Below, piece by piece: positions 1 to 9,490 of a DNA stretch of 57,227 nucleotides. The first letter of the stretch is position 1, and each line of letters opens with the position of its first letter. A program made the position numbers and the translations under genes. The DNA is from Candidatus Nanoarchaeia archaeon (GTDB lineage: Archaea; Nanobdellota; Nanobdellia; Woesearchaeales; GW2011-AR9): the NCBI GenBank assembly GCA_035289385.1, contig DATDXI010000031.1:1-57227 (forward strand), written 5' to 3'. Under the pieces are notes generated by a model. That model saw nothing but the letters and a program-made list of their open reading frames with translations. It did no database searches and was not told the origin of the DNA.

Positions 1-174
1 AAGTTGTTAAAGTTTAAGGTTGATATGGAAGAAAATATTGTCATGCTTGAAGAACAGATGGCTACTTTACAAAGTCATGATAAAGCCGTTCATTTATTTT
101 TGAATAGAAATTATCAAGATGATGTTAGGGCTTTGAAAAAAGGTATAGCATTAGTTGATGCGATGCTGAAGTAG
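1..174 (+). CDS. 3' end of a hypothetical CDS cut by the window edge
   Basis: Frame +1 is open from nt 1 to TAG at 172-174 (...DDVRALKKGIALVDAMLK*). No motif recognised. Confidence 0.3.
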   Translation, partial: KLLKFKVDMEENIVMLEEQMATLQSHDKAVHLFLNRNYQDDVRALKKGIALVDAMLK

Positions 175-439
175 GGTAATTCCGAGAGTATAAAAATGAA
201 AGTTATGATGAAGTGATTAAGAGAGTGGTATTCATCGCTAAAACCTGTAAAACGGAACCAGAACTCAGCCAAGAAACGATCAAAGCTATCGAAAAAGCAA
301 GAGAAAGAATACAAAAAGGCAAATTTCTAACTGAAGCAGAAGCAAGAAAGAGACTGGGATTATAATATATATAGAGCGGAAGTGACATCTACCATTATAT
401 CCCTAAATCTTTAAAAAGCGCTTCCATTCTTTCAGAGAA

Positions 440-952
440 ATGAATTACGTCATCTATAAGCCTTCAGAAACGGTCTTCTTGGTGGGAAGGGAACGGCAGC
501 AGATCCAGGATACTATTGAAAGAAAGATACAAGAGTATGACGCTGCTGGAAGGGAACATGGCCTTGTTGTCCCACGTGATGAACAGATCTTAGTCTGCGT
601 CAGGTTAGGCATAACTTGCGGTGTTGCTGATGTGGGAAGCGAAACAGCATATGCTGCCCCTGTTTTGGATAATGTGACATTGCATATGTATCCTCCTGCT
701 GTTAAACCAATTGTAGAGGAAGCTCGAGCTTATCAATCTTCTTCATCGGGGGAATTAGTTCTTTTTACTCCACGGCGTGGAAAATATATGTGGTATCTTC
801 CGGATGATATTATGGGAGCAATGAGAGATTACGATTGGGACAGATTTCTGAAACGGATGGCGCAGCAGCGTGGCGGAACAAAGAAAGCTGTTCTTCCAGC
901 AGATGTGGTTGATGATACGCAGGTGGATCAGTTTGGTAAGCAAAAACGCTAA
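440..952 (+). CDS. hypothetical protein (170 aa)
   Basis: Long ORF with a TCTTTAAAAAGC box at 408-419, about 25 nt upstream of the ATG. No family recognised. Confidence 0.6.
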   Translation: MNYVIYKPSETVFLVGRERQQIQDTIERKIQEYDAAGREHGLVVPRDEQILVCVRLGITCGVADVGSETAYAAPVLDNVTLHMYPPAVKPIVEEARAYQSSSSGELVLFTPRRGKYMWYLPDDIMGAMRDYDWDRFLKRMAQQRGGTKKAVLPADVVDDTQVDQFGKQKR

Positions 953-984
953 TATTTTCTTGCTACTCTATTTTCCCATCTTCT

Positions 985-1202
985 GTACGTATTTAGTTCC
1001 ACAACAAAAATAGTGGCATTGACCTGCAAGAGCTCACTCTTGCTCGCTCAGGTCACGGAAAATTCAGCCTGCCTCTCAGAATAAAAGCAATGATCATGTG
1101 TTGATTTAAGCATATGGTCAGGCAAGTTATCTTATTTTCAAAGTTCTTAATGAATTTTCCCTCTTGACCTTGCCACTATTTTCAACCGAACTAAATACGG
1201 AC
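985..1202 (+). mobile_element. MITE-like element, copy 1 (218 bp, with an extra 32-nt palindromic insert at 1019-1050)
   Basis: Inverted termini GTACGTATTTAG / CTAAATACGGAC and subterminal AAAATAGTGGCA / TGCCACTATTTT. Flanked by the 8-bp duplication CATCTTCT (977-984) / CATCTTTT (1203-1210). Homologous to the copies at 22303, 49335, 52892 and 56019. Confidence 0.9.
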
Positions 1203-2897
1203 CATCTTTTTTACTTCCTCAAGTGTTGTAGCCTGCTCTGCCTTTTTCTCTCTAAACCTGATGAAGCGCGGGAAACGTACAGCTATGCCTGCAGAATGAA
1301 AGGGGCTTTTTGTCAGTTCTGCACCAAGAACTTCTACAACATGATGAGGAGTAAACCAGATATCCGGATGCATCTCTTTCTTGGCAACCACTCTTGCTGG
1401 CTGTTTCTGAACTTCATCCTTTTTTAATTTCTCCGGTAATTCTTCTAAGACTTGATCCGTCAATCCTGTGCCTAACTTGCAGATAGTGAGAAATTGGTCA
1501 TTTTTTTCATCATAACAGGCGCAGAGCAATGCTCCATATGTTCCGGAACGTTTGCCTTTTCCATGAAATGCACCAATAATCACCAGATCAAGAGTATCTG
1601 ACATATCCTGCGTATAATCTTTTTTCCATTTGATCCAGTTCCAGCCTCGTGTTCCTGCTTGGTATTCCCCGTCATGAGATTTTACGATAACTCCTTCATA
1701 GCCTTCTTCAAGCATATTCTGGAAAAATTCATCCAGCTCTTCGATGCTCTCCGTACTGATCCGTTCCGTCAGCGTGATGTGTTTTGTCTTTTTGACGATC
1801 GATGCCAACTTTTTCTGCCGCTGAAGATAAGGCTCGTGAAGATATGTTGTTCCATCATCATACAGTACGTCAAATAATTTTACTTGGACAGGAATATCCT
1901 GGGCATATTGCTCGATGTCATATTTTCTTCTTCTCTGCATCAGAGTTTGAAAGGGCAGATGATTCCCTTCTTTATCGATGGCCACTATCTCTCCTTCAAG
2001 GATATAATCATCACCTTTCACCTGTTTTTGCAGCTCCTTTACCAGATCGGGAAACTGCTGTGTGATCGTATCTAAGCGTCGGGAGAACAGCGTGATCTTT
2101 CCTTTTTTGTCTTTATGAATCTGCACTCGCTCACCATCATATTTCGCTTCAACGGTAAATTGCCCTGTTATTTTTTTAGAAATTTCATCCAGCTGCTCGA
2201 CTCGCTGTGCCAACATCATCTTGATCGGCCGTCCAACTTTCACTTCGATCTTCTCGAGGCCTTTCAGCCCTTTTTTGACGACTGTTTCTGCTATGACTCC
2301 AACGTCTGGGCAGAGATTATATGCCTGTTCCAGATATTCCTTGTTCTTCTTTTCTCCGGTAAAGGCAATGGCTAGTGCATCAAGAACGGTCATATCCCCA
2401 ACTCCCATCCTTAATGTTCCCAAAGCTATCCGGCAGACATATTTTGCTCCTTGAGGGGAAGATTTTTGTAATAAAGAGACGAGGATGTTGCATTTTTGAT
2501 CTTGGCTTCCCGTGCCAGATGCAGTTGCTATCTTATGTAATTTCTCAAACAACTCATGAACGGTTAATGTTTCAAGAGGAACAAGGGTTTGAGGCTTTTT
2601 TTGCAGGACTTGTTCTGCTGTCAATCCAGCATCGCCAGTTTCCTGCATCTTCTTCTGGACTTTGCTGAGTTCTGTGCCGCCTGCTGAGGCAATCGCCTTT
2701 AAGACGGATTTATCGGCCATGCCTAAAACGACGCCTTCAAATTCAGAAGCGATGGTTCCCAGAGTAAGATAGCAGATAACTCCTATGTCTTCTGCAGGCA
2801 CATTTTTTAAGAAATTTGCGAGAATTTCTCTCATCTCGTTTCCGGAAGAGGTCTTTTCCAGATGTTCATAGAGGCTAACTAGCTTTTCAAAGTCCAT
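1191..2897 (-). CDS. lig: ATP-dependent DNA ligase (archaeal/eukaryotic type)
   Basis: 568 aa with the adenylation motif EAKYDGERVQIH, an N-terminal DNA-binding domain and an OB-fold C-terminal region. CCTTTAAATACC box upstream. The last 3 codons plus the stop lie inside MITE copy 1. Confidence 0.95.
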   Translation of the reverse strand: MDFEKLVSLYEHLEKTSSGNEMREILANFLKNVPAEDIGVICYLTLGTIASEFEGVVLGMADKSVLKAIASAGGTELSKVQKKMQETGDAGLTAEQVLQKKPQTLVPLETLTVHELFEKLHKIATASGTGSQDQKCNILVSLLQKSSPQGAKYVCRIALGTLRMGVGDMTVLDALAIAFTGEKKNKEYLEQAYNLCPDVGVIAETVVKKGLKGLEKIEVKVGRPIKMMLAQRVEQLDEISKKITGQFTVEAKYDGERVQIHKDKKGKITLFSRRLDTITQQFPDLVKELQKQVKGDDYILEGEIVAIDKEGNHLPFQTLMQRRRKYDIEQYAQDIPVQVKLFDVLYDDGTTYLHEPYLQRQKKLASIVKKTKHITLTERISTESIEELDEFFQNMLEEGYEGVIVKSHDGEYQAGTRGWNWIKWKKDYTQDMSDTLDLVIIGAFHGKGKRSGTYGALLCACYDEKNDQFLTICKLGTGLTDQVLEELPEKLKKDEVQKQPARVVAKKEMHPDIWFTPHHVVEVLGAELTKSPFHSAGIAVRFPRFIRFREKKAEQATTLEEVKKMVRI

Positions 2898-2984
2898 AGC
2901 TTCGTAAGAGAAATGTGGTATTTAAAGGTTTAGGAGTCTCTGGCTGAGGAGAAAGATAAACCAATAAAAAATAAAACTTTTTTT

Positions 2985-4004
2985 CTATTCAGCTACCGTC
3001 TCGATAATCTTGCTTAGCACTAAATAGGGGTTCATATTGGCAGCTGGCCTTCTATCTTCTAGATAGCCTCTCCCCGCTTCATGGACATGTAATGGAATAC
3101 GGATGCTTGCCCCACGGTCACTAACACCATGGCGGAAGGTATGGATATCACACGTTTCATGTTTTCCCGTGAGGCGGAGATTATTTCCTGCTCCATAGAC
3201 AGCAATATGCTCCTGATGCTTAGCTTCCATCTTTTTGGCAATGTGATGGAAATCGGCCTGGCCTTCGCGCATCGCTTTAGTAGAAAAGTTAGTATGCGCG
3301 CCTGCACCGTTCCAGTCTCCTTCTTTTGGCTTAGGGCTCAGAGAAACAGAAACACCATACTTTTCCCCGATGCGCTCCATTAAATAGCGCGCTACAATCA
3401 AATGGTCAGCAGCTTCCAATGGCCCTACCGCGCCAACTTGGAATTCCCATTGTCCTGGCATGACTTCTGCATTGATGCCACAGACACTTAATCCTGCGGC
3501 GAGACAAGCGTCAAGATGTTCTTCTACTATTTCTCTGCCATAAACTTTATCTGCGCCAGCACCACAGTAATATTTTCCCTGTGGCTCTGGTACGCCATTT
3601 ATCGGAAAGCCTAATGGTCTTCCATCCTTAAAAAAAGTGTACTCTTGCTCGATGCCAAACCAGAACTCCTGCCCGTTGGCTTTAGCTACAGCTTCTCGCA
3701 GTTTCAAGCGCTTATTGCTGGGGTGGGAAATATTTTTTGCTTGGAATACTTCATTTAAGACAAGAATATGTTTATTTGTACCATTATTTCGTAAGGGGTC
3801 CCAGCAGCTAAAGACCGGCTTTAAAATACAATCGGAGCTATGCCCTGCTGCTTGATTGGTGCTGCTGCCATCAAATCCCCATTCCGGAACTTCTATCTCC
3901 ATAAGATCAGCACCTTCTTGAACATCAAGAATCTTTGTTTTACTTCTGATGTGTGGTGTTGGCTCCGTACCATCTAACCATAAATATTCTGCTTTTATCT
4001 TCAT
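2985..4004 (-). CDS. glnII: glutamine synthetase, type II (eukaryote-like, short form)
   Basis: 339 aa. Motifs WFGIEQEYTF, GAGAHTNFST and ASIRIP match my memory of GSII/eukaryotic GS signatures. Confidence 0.85.
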   Translation of the reverse strand: MKIKAEYLWLDGTEPTPHIRSKTKILDVQEGADLMEIEVPEWGFDGSSTNQAAGHSSDCILKPVFSCWDPLRNNGTNKHILVLNEVFQAKNISHPSNKRLKLREAVAKANGQEFWFGIEQEYTFFKDGRPLGFPINGVPEPQGKYYCGAGADKVYGREIVEEHLDACLAAGLSVCGINAEVMPGQWEFQVGAVGPLEAADHLIVARYLMERIGEKYGVSVSLSPKPKEGDWNGAGAHTNFSTKAMREGQADFHHIAKKMEAKHQEHIAVYGAGNNLRLTGKHETCDIHTFRHGVSDRGASIRIPLHVHEAGRGYLEDRRPAANMNPYLVLSKIIETVAE

Positions 4005-4210
4005 TGTTCCACCCCTTCTTTTGTCTTTACTATCCTATCCCTCTTCATTATTTCTCCAGTAAAGGATATTTTATCGAATAAGACTAGCTGTGAGAATACA
4101 TATATTACTTTTATGTTCTTTTTAGTTAATATTTGTAGCATTATTTAAGAAAATTTATATAATCTGTAAATATTCTTTCCCTTATCTGGGGGAAAAATAA
4201 ACATTTGTCA

Positions 4211-4666
4211 ATGATTGATGCAACGGATAAAAAGATTCTGCAGATTTTGCAAGTAAATGCGCGGCTTTCTTTTCGTGAAGTGGCAAAGAAGGCGCAGGTT
4301 TCTGTCGTAACGGTCATGCATCGTGTCAAGGCGCTGCAGGAGCAGGGGATCATAACTTCCTATACTATTCTTTGTGATGAAGAGAAGCTAGGATATGATA
4401 TTCAAGCAGTAATTAACTTGCGTATTTCTAAAGGAAAGCTCTTTGAGGTAGAACGTTCTATTGCTATTCTTCCAGAAGTATTTGCCTTATATGACCTCAC
4501 GGGAGAGTTCGATGCCTTAATCATTGCTAAATTCAAGAGTAGGAAAAATTTAGATGCTTTTTTAAAGAGAATCCAGCGCTTTGATTTTGTGGAGCGCACC
4601 CAGACATCTTTAGTTTTGAATACGATTAAAGAGAAGCCGTTGGCTATATCTGAAGATCGAAAATAA
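4211..4666 (+). CDS. Lrp/AsnC family transcriptional regulator
   Basis: N-terminal HTH (DKKILQILQVNARLSFREVAKKAQVSVVTVMHRVKALQEQGII) plus a C-terminal AsnC/RAM-type domain. The ATG at 4211 is preferred over the TTG at 4205. Divergent from the GS gene. Confidence 0.9.
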   Translation: MIDATDKKILQILQVNARLSFREVAKKAQVSVVTVMHRVKALQEQGIITSYTILCDEEKLGYDIQAVINLRISKGKLFEVERSIAILPEVFALYDLTGEFDALIIAKFKSRKNLDAFLKRIQRFDFVERTQTSLVLNTIKEKPLAISEDRK

Positions 4667-4714
4667 ATAGCTTCTTTCACAATCTTTAAAAAGTGTTTCT
4701 ACTCATGAATAGTT

Positions 4715-5182
4715 ATGAGATTATCTGCGCTGCTTGTGACATTGGTTATGGTCATCCTGCTTTCTCTGGGTGTTCTTTCCTTAACAGAGAAACAGATTCC
4801 TTCCAGCCCTACTGTGGGGAAAGAAGTCTATTCTCCAAATGATTGGGTTAAAGAGAGTCAGATTAAGGTCTATCCGGAGAGGGTTATCTTAAACATCCCT
4901 CAATCGTCTTGGGCCAGCTTTACCGATACTAACTCGATGGATCCGTTTATTGATGCTGGTGCTAATGCTATCCAAATCAAGCCATTGCCAGGACAAGTAG
5001 GAGTAGGAGATGTCATTGCTTACCATAGCGCTTCTGGAACGATCATCCATAGGGTGATAGAACGTGGTATCGATGATAAGGGGATCTTTTATCTTGTAAA
5101 AGGAGACAATAATGCTTATCCTGATTCGATGAAAGTAAGGGATAATGATATTGTAGGTGTGGTTGTGGCAGTGGTGTATTGA
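4715..5182 (+). CDS. signal peptidase I, archaeal/Sec11-like (S26 family)
   Basis: N-terminal TM helix, Ser box SMDPF, His box IIHRVIE and a GDNN box. Confidence 0.8.
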   Translation: MRLSALLVTLVMVILLSLGVLSLTEKQIPSSPTVGKEVYSPNDWVKESQIKVYPERVILNIPQSSWASFTDTNSMDPFIDAGANAIQIKPLPGQVGVGDVIAYHSASGTIIHRVIERGIDDKGIFYLVKGDNNAYPDSMKVRDNDIVGVVVAVVY

Positions 5183-5259
5183 GGGAGAGATATAAAAACA
5201 GAAACCCATAAAAAGGGATTAACAATTATCAAACATAATTTAAGTGAGGAAATATAAGC

Positions 5260-5793
5260 ATGCCATGTCATGGTTCAGTTCAAAGTAAGATAGTTGGGGG
5301 TGGGGTTACTGAGAAAAAAACTCTTAAGAAAATTAGAGATCTCTATATCAAGATGTTTGAAGAAGAAGGATGGAAACTGAGAAAACAAGACGGAAACTCG
5401 TTCCAAATGGATACGGGTTCATTTATGGGAATTAAAAGTGACCAAATCATAATTCAGCTAAAGCCTTATGGGAAACAACTACTTATCACTTTGAACTTTC
5501 AAACGGGGCGTTCAGAATTGAGAGATGGTATTGATTTGAAGTACGAAACATTTGATTATTTTGATATATTCACAGAAACAATACCTGATATTATTAATGA
5601 AGAACTTGGAATTCCAACAAGTTTTGAGAAAGAGCGAGAAGAAGAAGAGGAAAGAAGAAAGGGTAATAAAGTTCACAAAATCGAAAGAAATATACCTCAA
5701 ATGCTCAAGGATTTAACAGAACTCTACCAACAAGGAATTTTAACAAAAAAAGAATTCCAAGAGAAGAAAAAGAAACTTATGGATCTTTTATAA
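5260..5793 (+). CDS. hypothetical protein with a C-terminal SHOCT-like motif
   Basis: 177 aa. The C-terminus LKDLTELYQQGILTKKEFQEKKKKLMDLL resembles the SHOCT short C-terminal domain. The start is not resolved. Confidence 0.55.
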   Translation: MPCHGSVQSKIVGGGVTEKKTLKKIRDLYIKMFEEEGWKLRKQDGNSFQMDTGSFMGIKSDQIIIQLKPYGKQLLITLNFQTGRSELRDGIDLKYETFDYFDIFTETIPDIINEELGIPTSFEKEREEEEERRKGNKVHKIERNIPQMLKDLTELYQQGILTKKEFQEKKKKLMDLL

Positions 5794-6162
5794 AACAATG
5801 ATGTCTAAAGAACATATCGAAAGAAACCTACTACTTGTCTTTGTTGGGATTATCTTCTGTTCGACTAACCAAAAAATAGACTAATTTGTAATAAATATGT
5901 GGCTACTATTAGTACTACTCTGATATACCTATTTTCATTAAAAAGGATTGACCTAAACAACACAAGACAAGGGTTCCGTTTAGTAAACGACTATTTAATA
6001 TCAGCTGTTCATTGTCGGGTGGAAATAGCCTCTTTTAAACCAAAAAAAACAAAAAGTTTATTAATAACCATTCTTTTTAAGACTTAACATGATCCCAAGT
6101 GTTCCTACGGGGACGCTTGATGAACCTATTTTCTAAAAGAGATTGGTGGTAGGTAATTTTTA

Positions 6163-6735
6163 ATGACACTCGAGAAAACAGCAGTACTTATAGATGGGGG
6201 ATATTTTGGTAAAATCTCTAAACATTTTGGTAATGGCAAACACCTATCGGTTAATATAGTAACATTTTCTAAATATTTGTCTATTAAAAAAGGTTTATGG
6301 ATGAATGAAATTATTTATTATACTGCCCCCCCATTTCAGAGTACTCCTCCGACAGAAGAAGAGATAAAAAGGAAAGGGGGTTATGATAGATTTATCTCAA
6401 AATTAACAAAACATCCCGAAGTTACCGTAAGAGAAGGGAGGGTTCAAAAACTAGAAGAATATAAACAAAAAGGAGTTGATACTTTGTTAGTGATGGATTT
6501 AATGAGTTTCGCAATTAGTAAGAAATACAAAAAGATTATTTTGTTGGCGTGTGATACTGATTTTGTACCTGTGATTAGAAAATTAGAAAAAGATGATGGA
6601 ATTACTACTATCTTATATTATTATTCGGATAGAATAAGAAAATCAAAATTTTCCATGTCAAACGAAATACTCGATATTTGTAGAGAGAAATCATTACTAA
6701 CAAAAGAACATTTTACTAGACATTTATATCATTAG
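6163..6735 (+). CDS. NYN-domain (LabA-like) putative RNase
   Basis: AVLIDGGYF, GVDTLLVMDL and ACDTDFVPVIRKL match the acidic NYN/PIN-like motifs. Confidence 0.8.
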   Translation: MTLEKTAVLIDGGYFGKISKHFGNGKHLSVNIVTFSKYLSIKKGLWMNEIIYYTAPPFQSTPPTEEEIKRKGGYDRFISKLTKHPEVTVREGRVQKLEEYKQKGVDTLLVMDLMSFAISKKYKKIILLACDTDFVPVIRKLEKDDGITTILYYYSDRIRKSKFSMSNEILDICREKSLLTKEHFTRHLYH

Positions 6736-6843
6736 AGTTTTATTTTTCCTCCCTTCTTTTACCAGCCTTCACTTACCACCTGATAGTTGAACGGAACCAT
6801 AAACAAGAAAAACTTATAAACCCCATCCATCTTCTAAAAAAAC

Positions 6844-6951
6844 ATGGCCAGAAAGATACATACAAGGATCAAAAGAAGGATGGGTATCCGCTCCAATAAG
6901 TCTGGGGCTAAAGAATTAAAAAGAAGAAAAATGAAACGGATGAAGCTTTAA
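6844..6951 (+). CDS. possible small, highly basic protein (35 aa)
   Basis: Encodes MARKIHTRIKRRMGIRSNKSGAKELKRRKMKRMKL*. A CTTATAAA box lies about 25-30 nt upstream, the same spacing as at other genes here. Too short for the ORF track. Confidence 0.35.
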   Translation: MARKIHTRIKRRMGIRSNKSGAKELKRRKMKRMKL

Positions 6952-7038
6952 GCTTATTCTTGCTGCTTCTTTAGTAGTGCATACTTTACGTTATATCTGC
7001 ATAATATTTATAAATCGCTTCCTTTTATAGGGGATAGT

Positions 7039-7782
7039 ATGGATTCTCCTGAAATGCAAAGTGGAATTGTGGAACAGCATTTGAAGAATGATCACCCATT
7101 ATTAAGGAAATATACTAATGGACGATTATCTTCAGGTGGTTCTGGTCCAGATTTTTTTTCTGCTTCATCTGAACTTTGTGGTTTACCAAATATTGATAAT
7201 AATAGTTATCTGCCCCATTTTGAGTTTAATGTTGGTTCTGCTTATCATATTGAAGTTAGTAGGGAAGTTATGTCTGGAGAAACAATATATCATAAGTCAG
7301 ATGGTATCCTCATGCACTTAAAATCGAGAGATGGAGACGGTCTAATTGAGGTTTGTTTTCCAACAGTATCAGGATTGTTTGATTTACGAAATTTGTCAAG
7401 ACAAGGTTCACTTTTAACTATCCCGCAAGTAAGAGACGAAGATAGAGAAAGGTTACCTATCGATAAAAGCCAAGTTCATGCTGGTTTTTATTTTAGGGCT
7501 TCTTCAACTTCGTATGGACAATTAGTTGCAAGAATGGAGATTGATCATCCTGCAGCAGAAGAAGTAATAATGGCATACTTAGAAACAATCGATCGAAGAT
7601 TTGCTGATTATAGCCAACTCCAGCAACATTTTACTGAAAGAGACGATAAAGGTAATCGTTTGTGGGAAGATCAAAATCAGCAGTCAAGGGGCTATAATAG
7701 AAAAAGAGGAAGATTACATAACGCTTTATTTGGTGAGCTGGCTGATATTTTAAAGAAAGCTGATCTTGAATTAAACCGCTAA
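7039..7782 (+). CDS. hypothetical protein (247 aa)
   Basis: Long ORF with an ATATTTATAAAT box about 30 nt upstream. No family recognised. Confidence 0.6.
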   Translation: MDSPEMQSGIVEQHLKNDHPLLRKYTNGRLSSGGSGPDFFSASSELCGLPNIDNNSYLPHFEFNVGSAYHIEVSREVMSGETIYHKSDGILMHLKSRDGDGLIEVCFPTVSGLFDLRNLSRQGSLLTIPQVRDEDRERLPIDKSQVHAGFYFRASSTSYGQLVARMEIDHPAAEEVIMAYLETIDRRFADYSQLQQHFTERDDKGNRLWEDQNQQSRGYNRKRGRLHNALFGELADILKKADLELNR

Positions 7783-7813
7783 GCTTTTATACTCCTAAAT
7801 TTTAGTTCTAGCT

Positions 7814-9052
7814 ATGGAGATAGGTGTTTTACTCAATTTTCTGCTGGCGATAGCTCTTGGTGCCTTGATAGGATTAGAGCGGGAATATGCACGATATCGG
7901 AATAAAGGTCATGCCTATGCAGGTATCCGTACATTTCCATTGATAGCCTTAGCCGGGGCATTAGCTGCTCTTCTTGGCCAAGCCTTGTCGATATGGATCC
8001 TGCTCATAAGCATTGGCTTTATGGGAATATTGGTTGTTGTTGCGTATTATGTGACCGCAGAATTAGATAGGACACATATCGGGACGACATCAGAAATAGC
8101 CGGCTTCATCACTTTTTTTATAGGTATCTTGACGTTCTACCAACAATATCTGTTAGCAGTTGCTTTAACGGCGCTGACGGCATTGATATTGTATGCAAGG
8201 TCATTGCTGCATCATTTTGCAGAAAAACTAACGAGGAAAGAGATGCTGGATACTATCGTTTTTGTGCTATTAGCATTTGTGATCCTTCCTTTGCTTCCTA
8301 ACAATTCTTATGGCCCTTTTGAGATATTTAACCCCTATATCACCGGGCTGATGGTTGTTTTGATTTCTGGAATAAGCTTTGTGGGTTATGGGTTGATGAA
8401 ATGGTTTGGAGAACGAGGTATTGGCTTATCTGGAATTTTTGGTGGGCTTGTCAGCAGTACGGTCGTTACGATGGATCTTGCCCAGAGAAGCAAGAAAGAA
8501 AAGGCGTTTTATGCGTTGGCTTTAGGAGTGATTTTAGCTAACGGTATCATGTTTATCCGGGTCCTGTTTGAAGTGTTTGTAGTTCATCGTCCTCTATTTG
8601 TTAAGCTGCTCATTCCACTTCTGGTGTTGTCTGGTATAACAGCAATCTTCTCTTTCTTCCTGTGGAGAAAAATAAAGAAAGTGAAGAGTAAGGTGGCGTT
8701 ATCTTCACCATTAGCATTAGTCCCGGCGGTAAAATTTGCTTTATTTTTCTCTTTCATGATTGCCGTTGTCAAAGTAACAGAAATGTACCTTTCATCGAGA
8801 GGTGTTTATATCGTCAGCTTCTTTTCTGGATTTGCTAATGTTGATGCCATTTCGTTATCTTTATCCCAATTAGCACGAGGCAACTTAGCGGTAGATGTTG
8901 CTGCTCGTGGTATTATCATTGCCGCTTTAACAAACATAGCGGTAAAAGGCGGCATGGCTTACTGGTTTGGTGGCAAGGCGTTTAGAAATCTGGTTGTGGG
9001 CTTATTTTCGGTGTTAATAGTCTTTGGGATTGTGATGATGATCTGGCTGTGA
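7814..9052 (+). CDS. MgtC/SapB-family membrane protein with a DUF4010-like extension
   Basis: 412 aa, polytopic. The N-terminus ALGALIGLEREY...GIRTFPLIAL is MgtC-like. Confidence 0.75.
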   Translation: MEIGVLLNFLLAIALGALIGLEREYARYRNKGHAYAGIRTFPLIALAGALAALLGQALSIWILLISIGFMGILVVVAYYVTAELDRTHIGTTSEIAGFITFFIGILTFYQQYLLAVALTALTALILYARSLLHHFAEKLTRKEMLDTIVFVLLAFVILPLLPNNSYGPFEIFNPYITGLMVVLISGISFVGYGLMKWFGERGIGLSGIFGGLVSSTVVTMDLAQRSKKEKAFYALALGVILANGIMFIRVLFEVFVVHRPLFVKLLIPLLVLSGITAIFSFFLWRKIKKVKSKVALSSPLALVPAVKFALFFSFMIAVVKVTEMYLSSRGVYIVSFFSGFANVDAISLSLSQLARGNLAVDVAARGIIIAALTNIAVKGGMAYWFGGKAFRNLVVGLFSVLIVFGIVMMIWL

Positions 9053-9161
9053 TTGTTGGTCCTAGGTGGTTCCTCGTTGTTTTAGATCCTCTTTGTTTTG
9101 TCAGGACGACATTGTTCAGACGACCTGATACCTTTATATACCATAACATTCTTATCATTTT

Positions 9162-9452
9162 ATGCCCGCTGTTAAATATAAAATGAAGTGTATACGGTGT
9201 AAGAAGAATTATGTCATCGTGACGTATAAGAATAAATTTCCATTATGTTATACTTGCCAACAGCCGGAGATGGTTGGTGAGATCACTGATCCAGCTATGA
9301 AAAAAATGTTTGACATCCCGGAAGAGTTCTATAAGGATAATGCTTTTTTACGAAGTATCAGGATCAATTACCTTAAATTTGGGCAATTAAGTGAGAAACA
9401 AGTGGAAGCGTTCCAGAAAGCTGTTGAAAAACTGAAGAAGGATAAGGTTTAA
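9162..9452 (+). CDS. hypothetical zinc-ribbon protein
   Basis: CxxC...CxxC (CIRCKK...CYTC) in a 96-aa ORF. CCTTTATATA box at 9131-9140. Confidence 0.6.
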   Translation: MPAVKYKMKCIRCKKNYVIVTYKNKFPLCYTCQQPEMVGEITDPAMKKMFDIPEEFYKDNAFLRSIRINYLKFGQLSEKQVEAFQKAVEKLKKDKV

Positions 9453-9490
9453 GCCAGCTGCTCAAAATTATTTTAACAGAAAGATAATGT

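Noticed and set aside
114-388. Two minus-strand ORFs were called at 114-314 and 203-388.
   Set aside because: Their composition is Phe/Ser/Ile-rich nonsense, typical of the antisense of K/E-rich coding sequence. The plus strand carries more protein-like frames.
1164-1427. ORFs starting MTLPLFST(E/K)LNT... occur at 1164-1427 (+) and 49158-49373 (-). Related short ORFs occur at 52803-53012 and 55990-56184.
   Set aside because: Their shared N-termini are simply the MITE inverted repeat (TTGACCTTGCCACTATTTTCAACCGAACTAAAT) read through. The remainder is antisense to real genes (lig, the methyltransferase, leuS).
5899-6087. A 62-aa ORF was called in the 369-bp spacer before the NYN gene.
   Set aside because: It has low-complexity, AT-driven composition, no promoter-box geometry and no motif. 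It is treated as non-coding.
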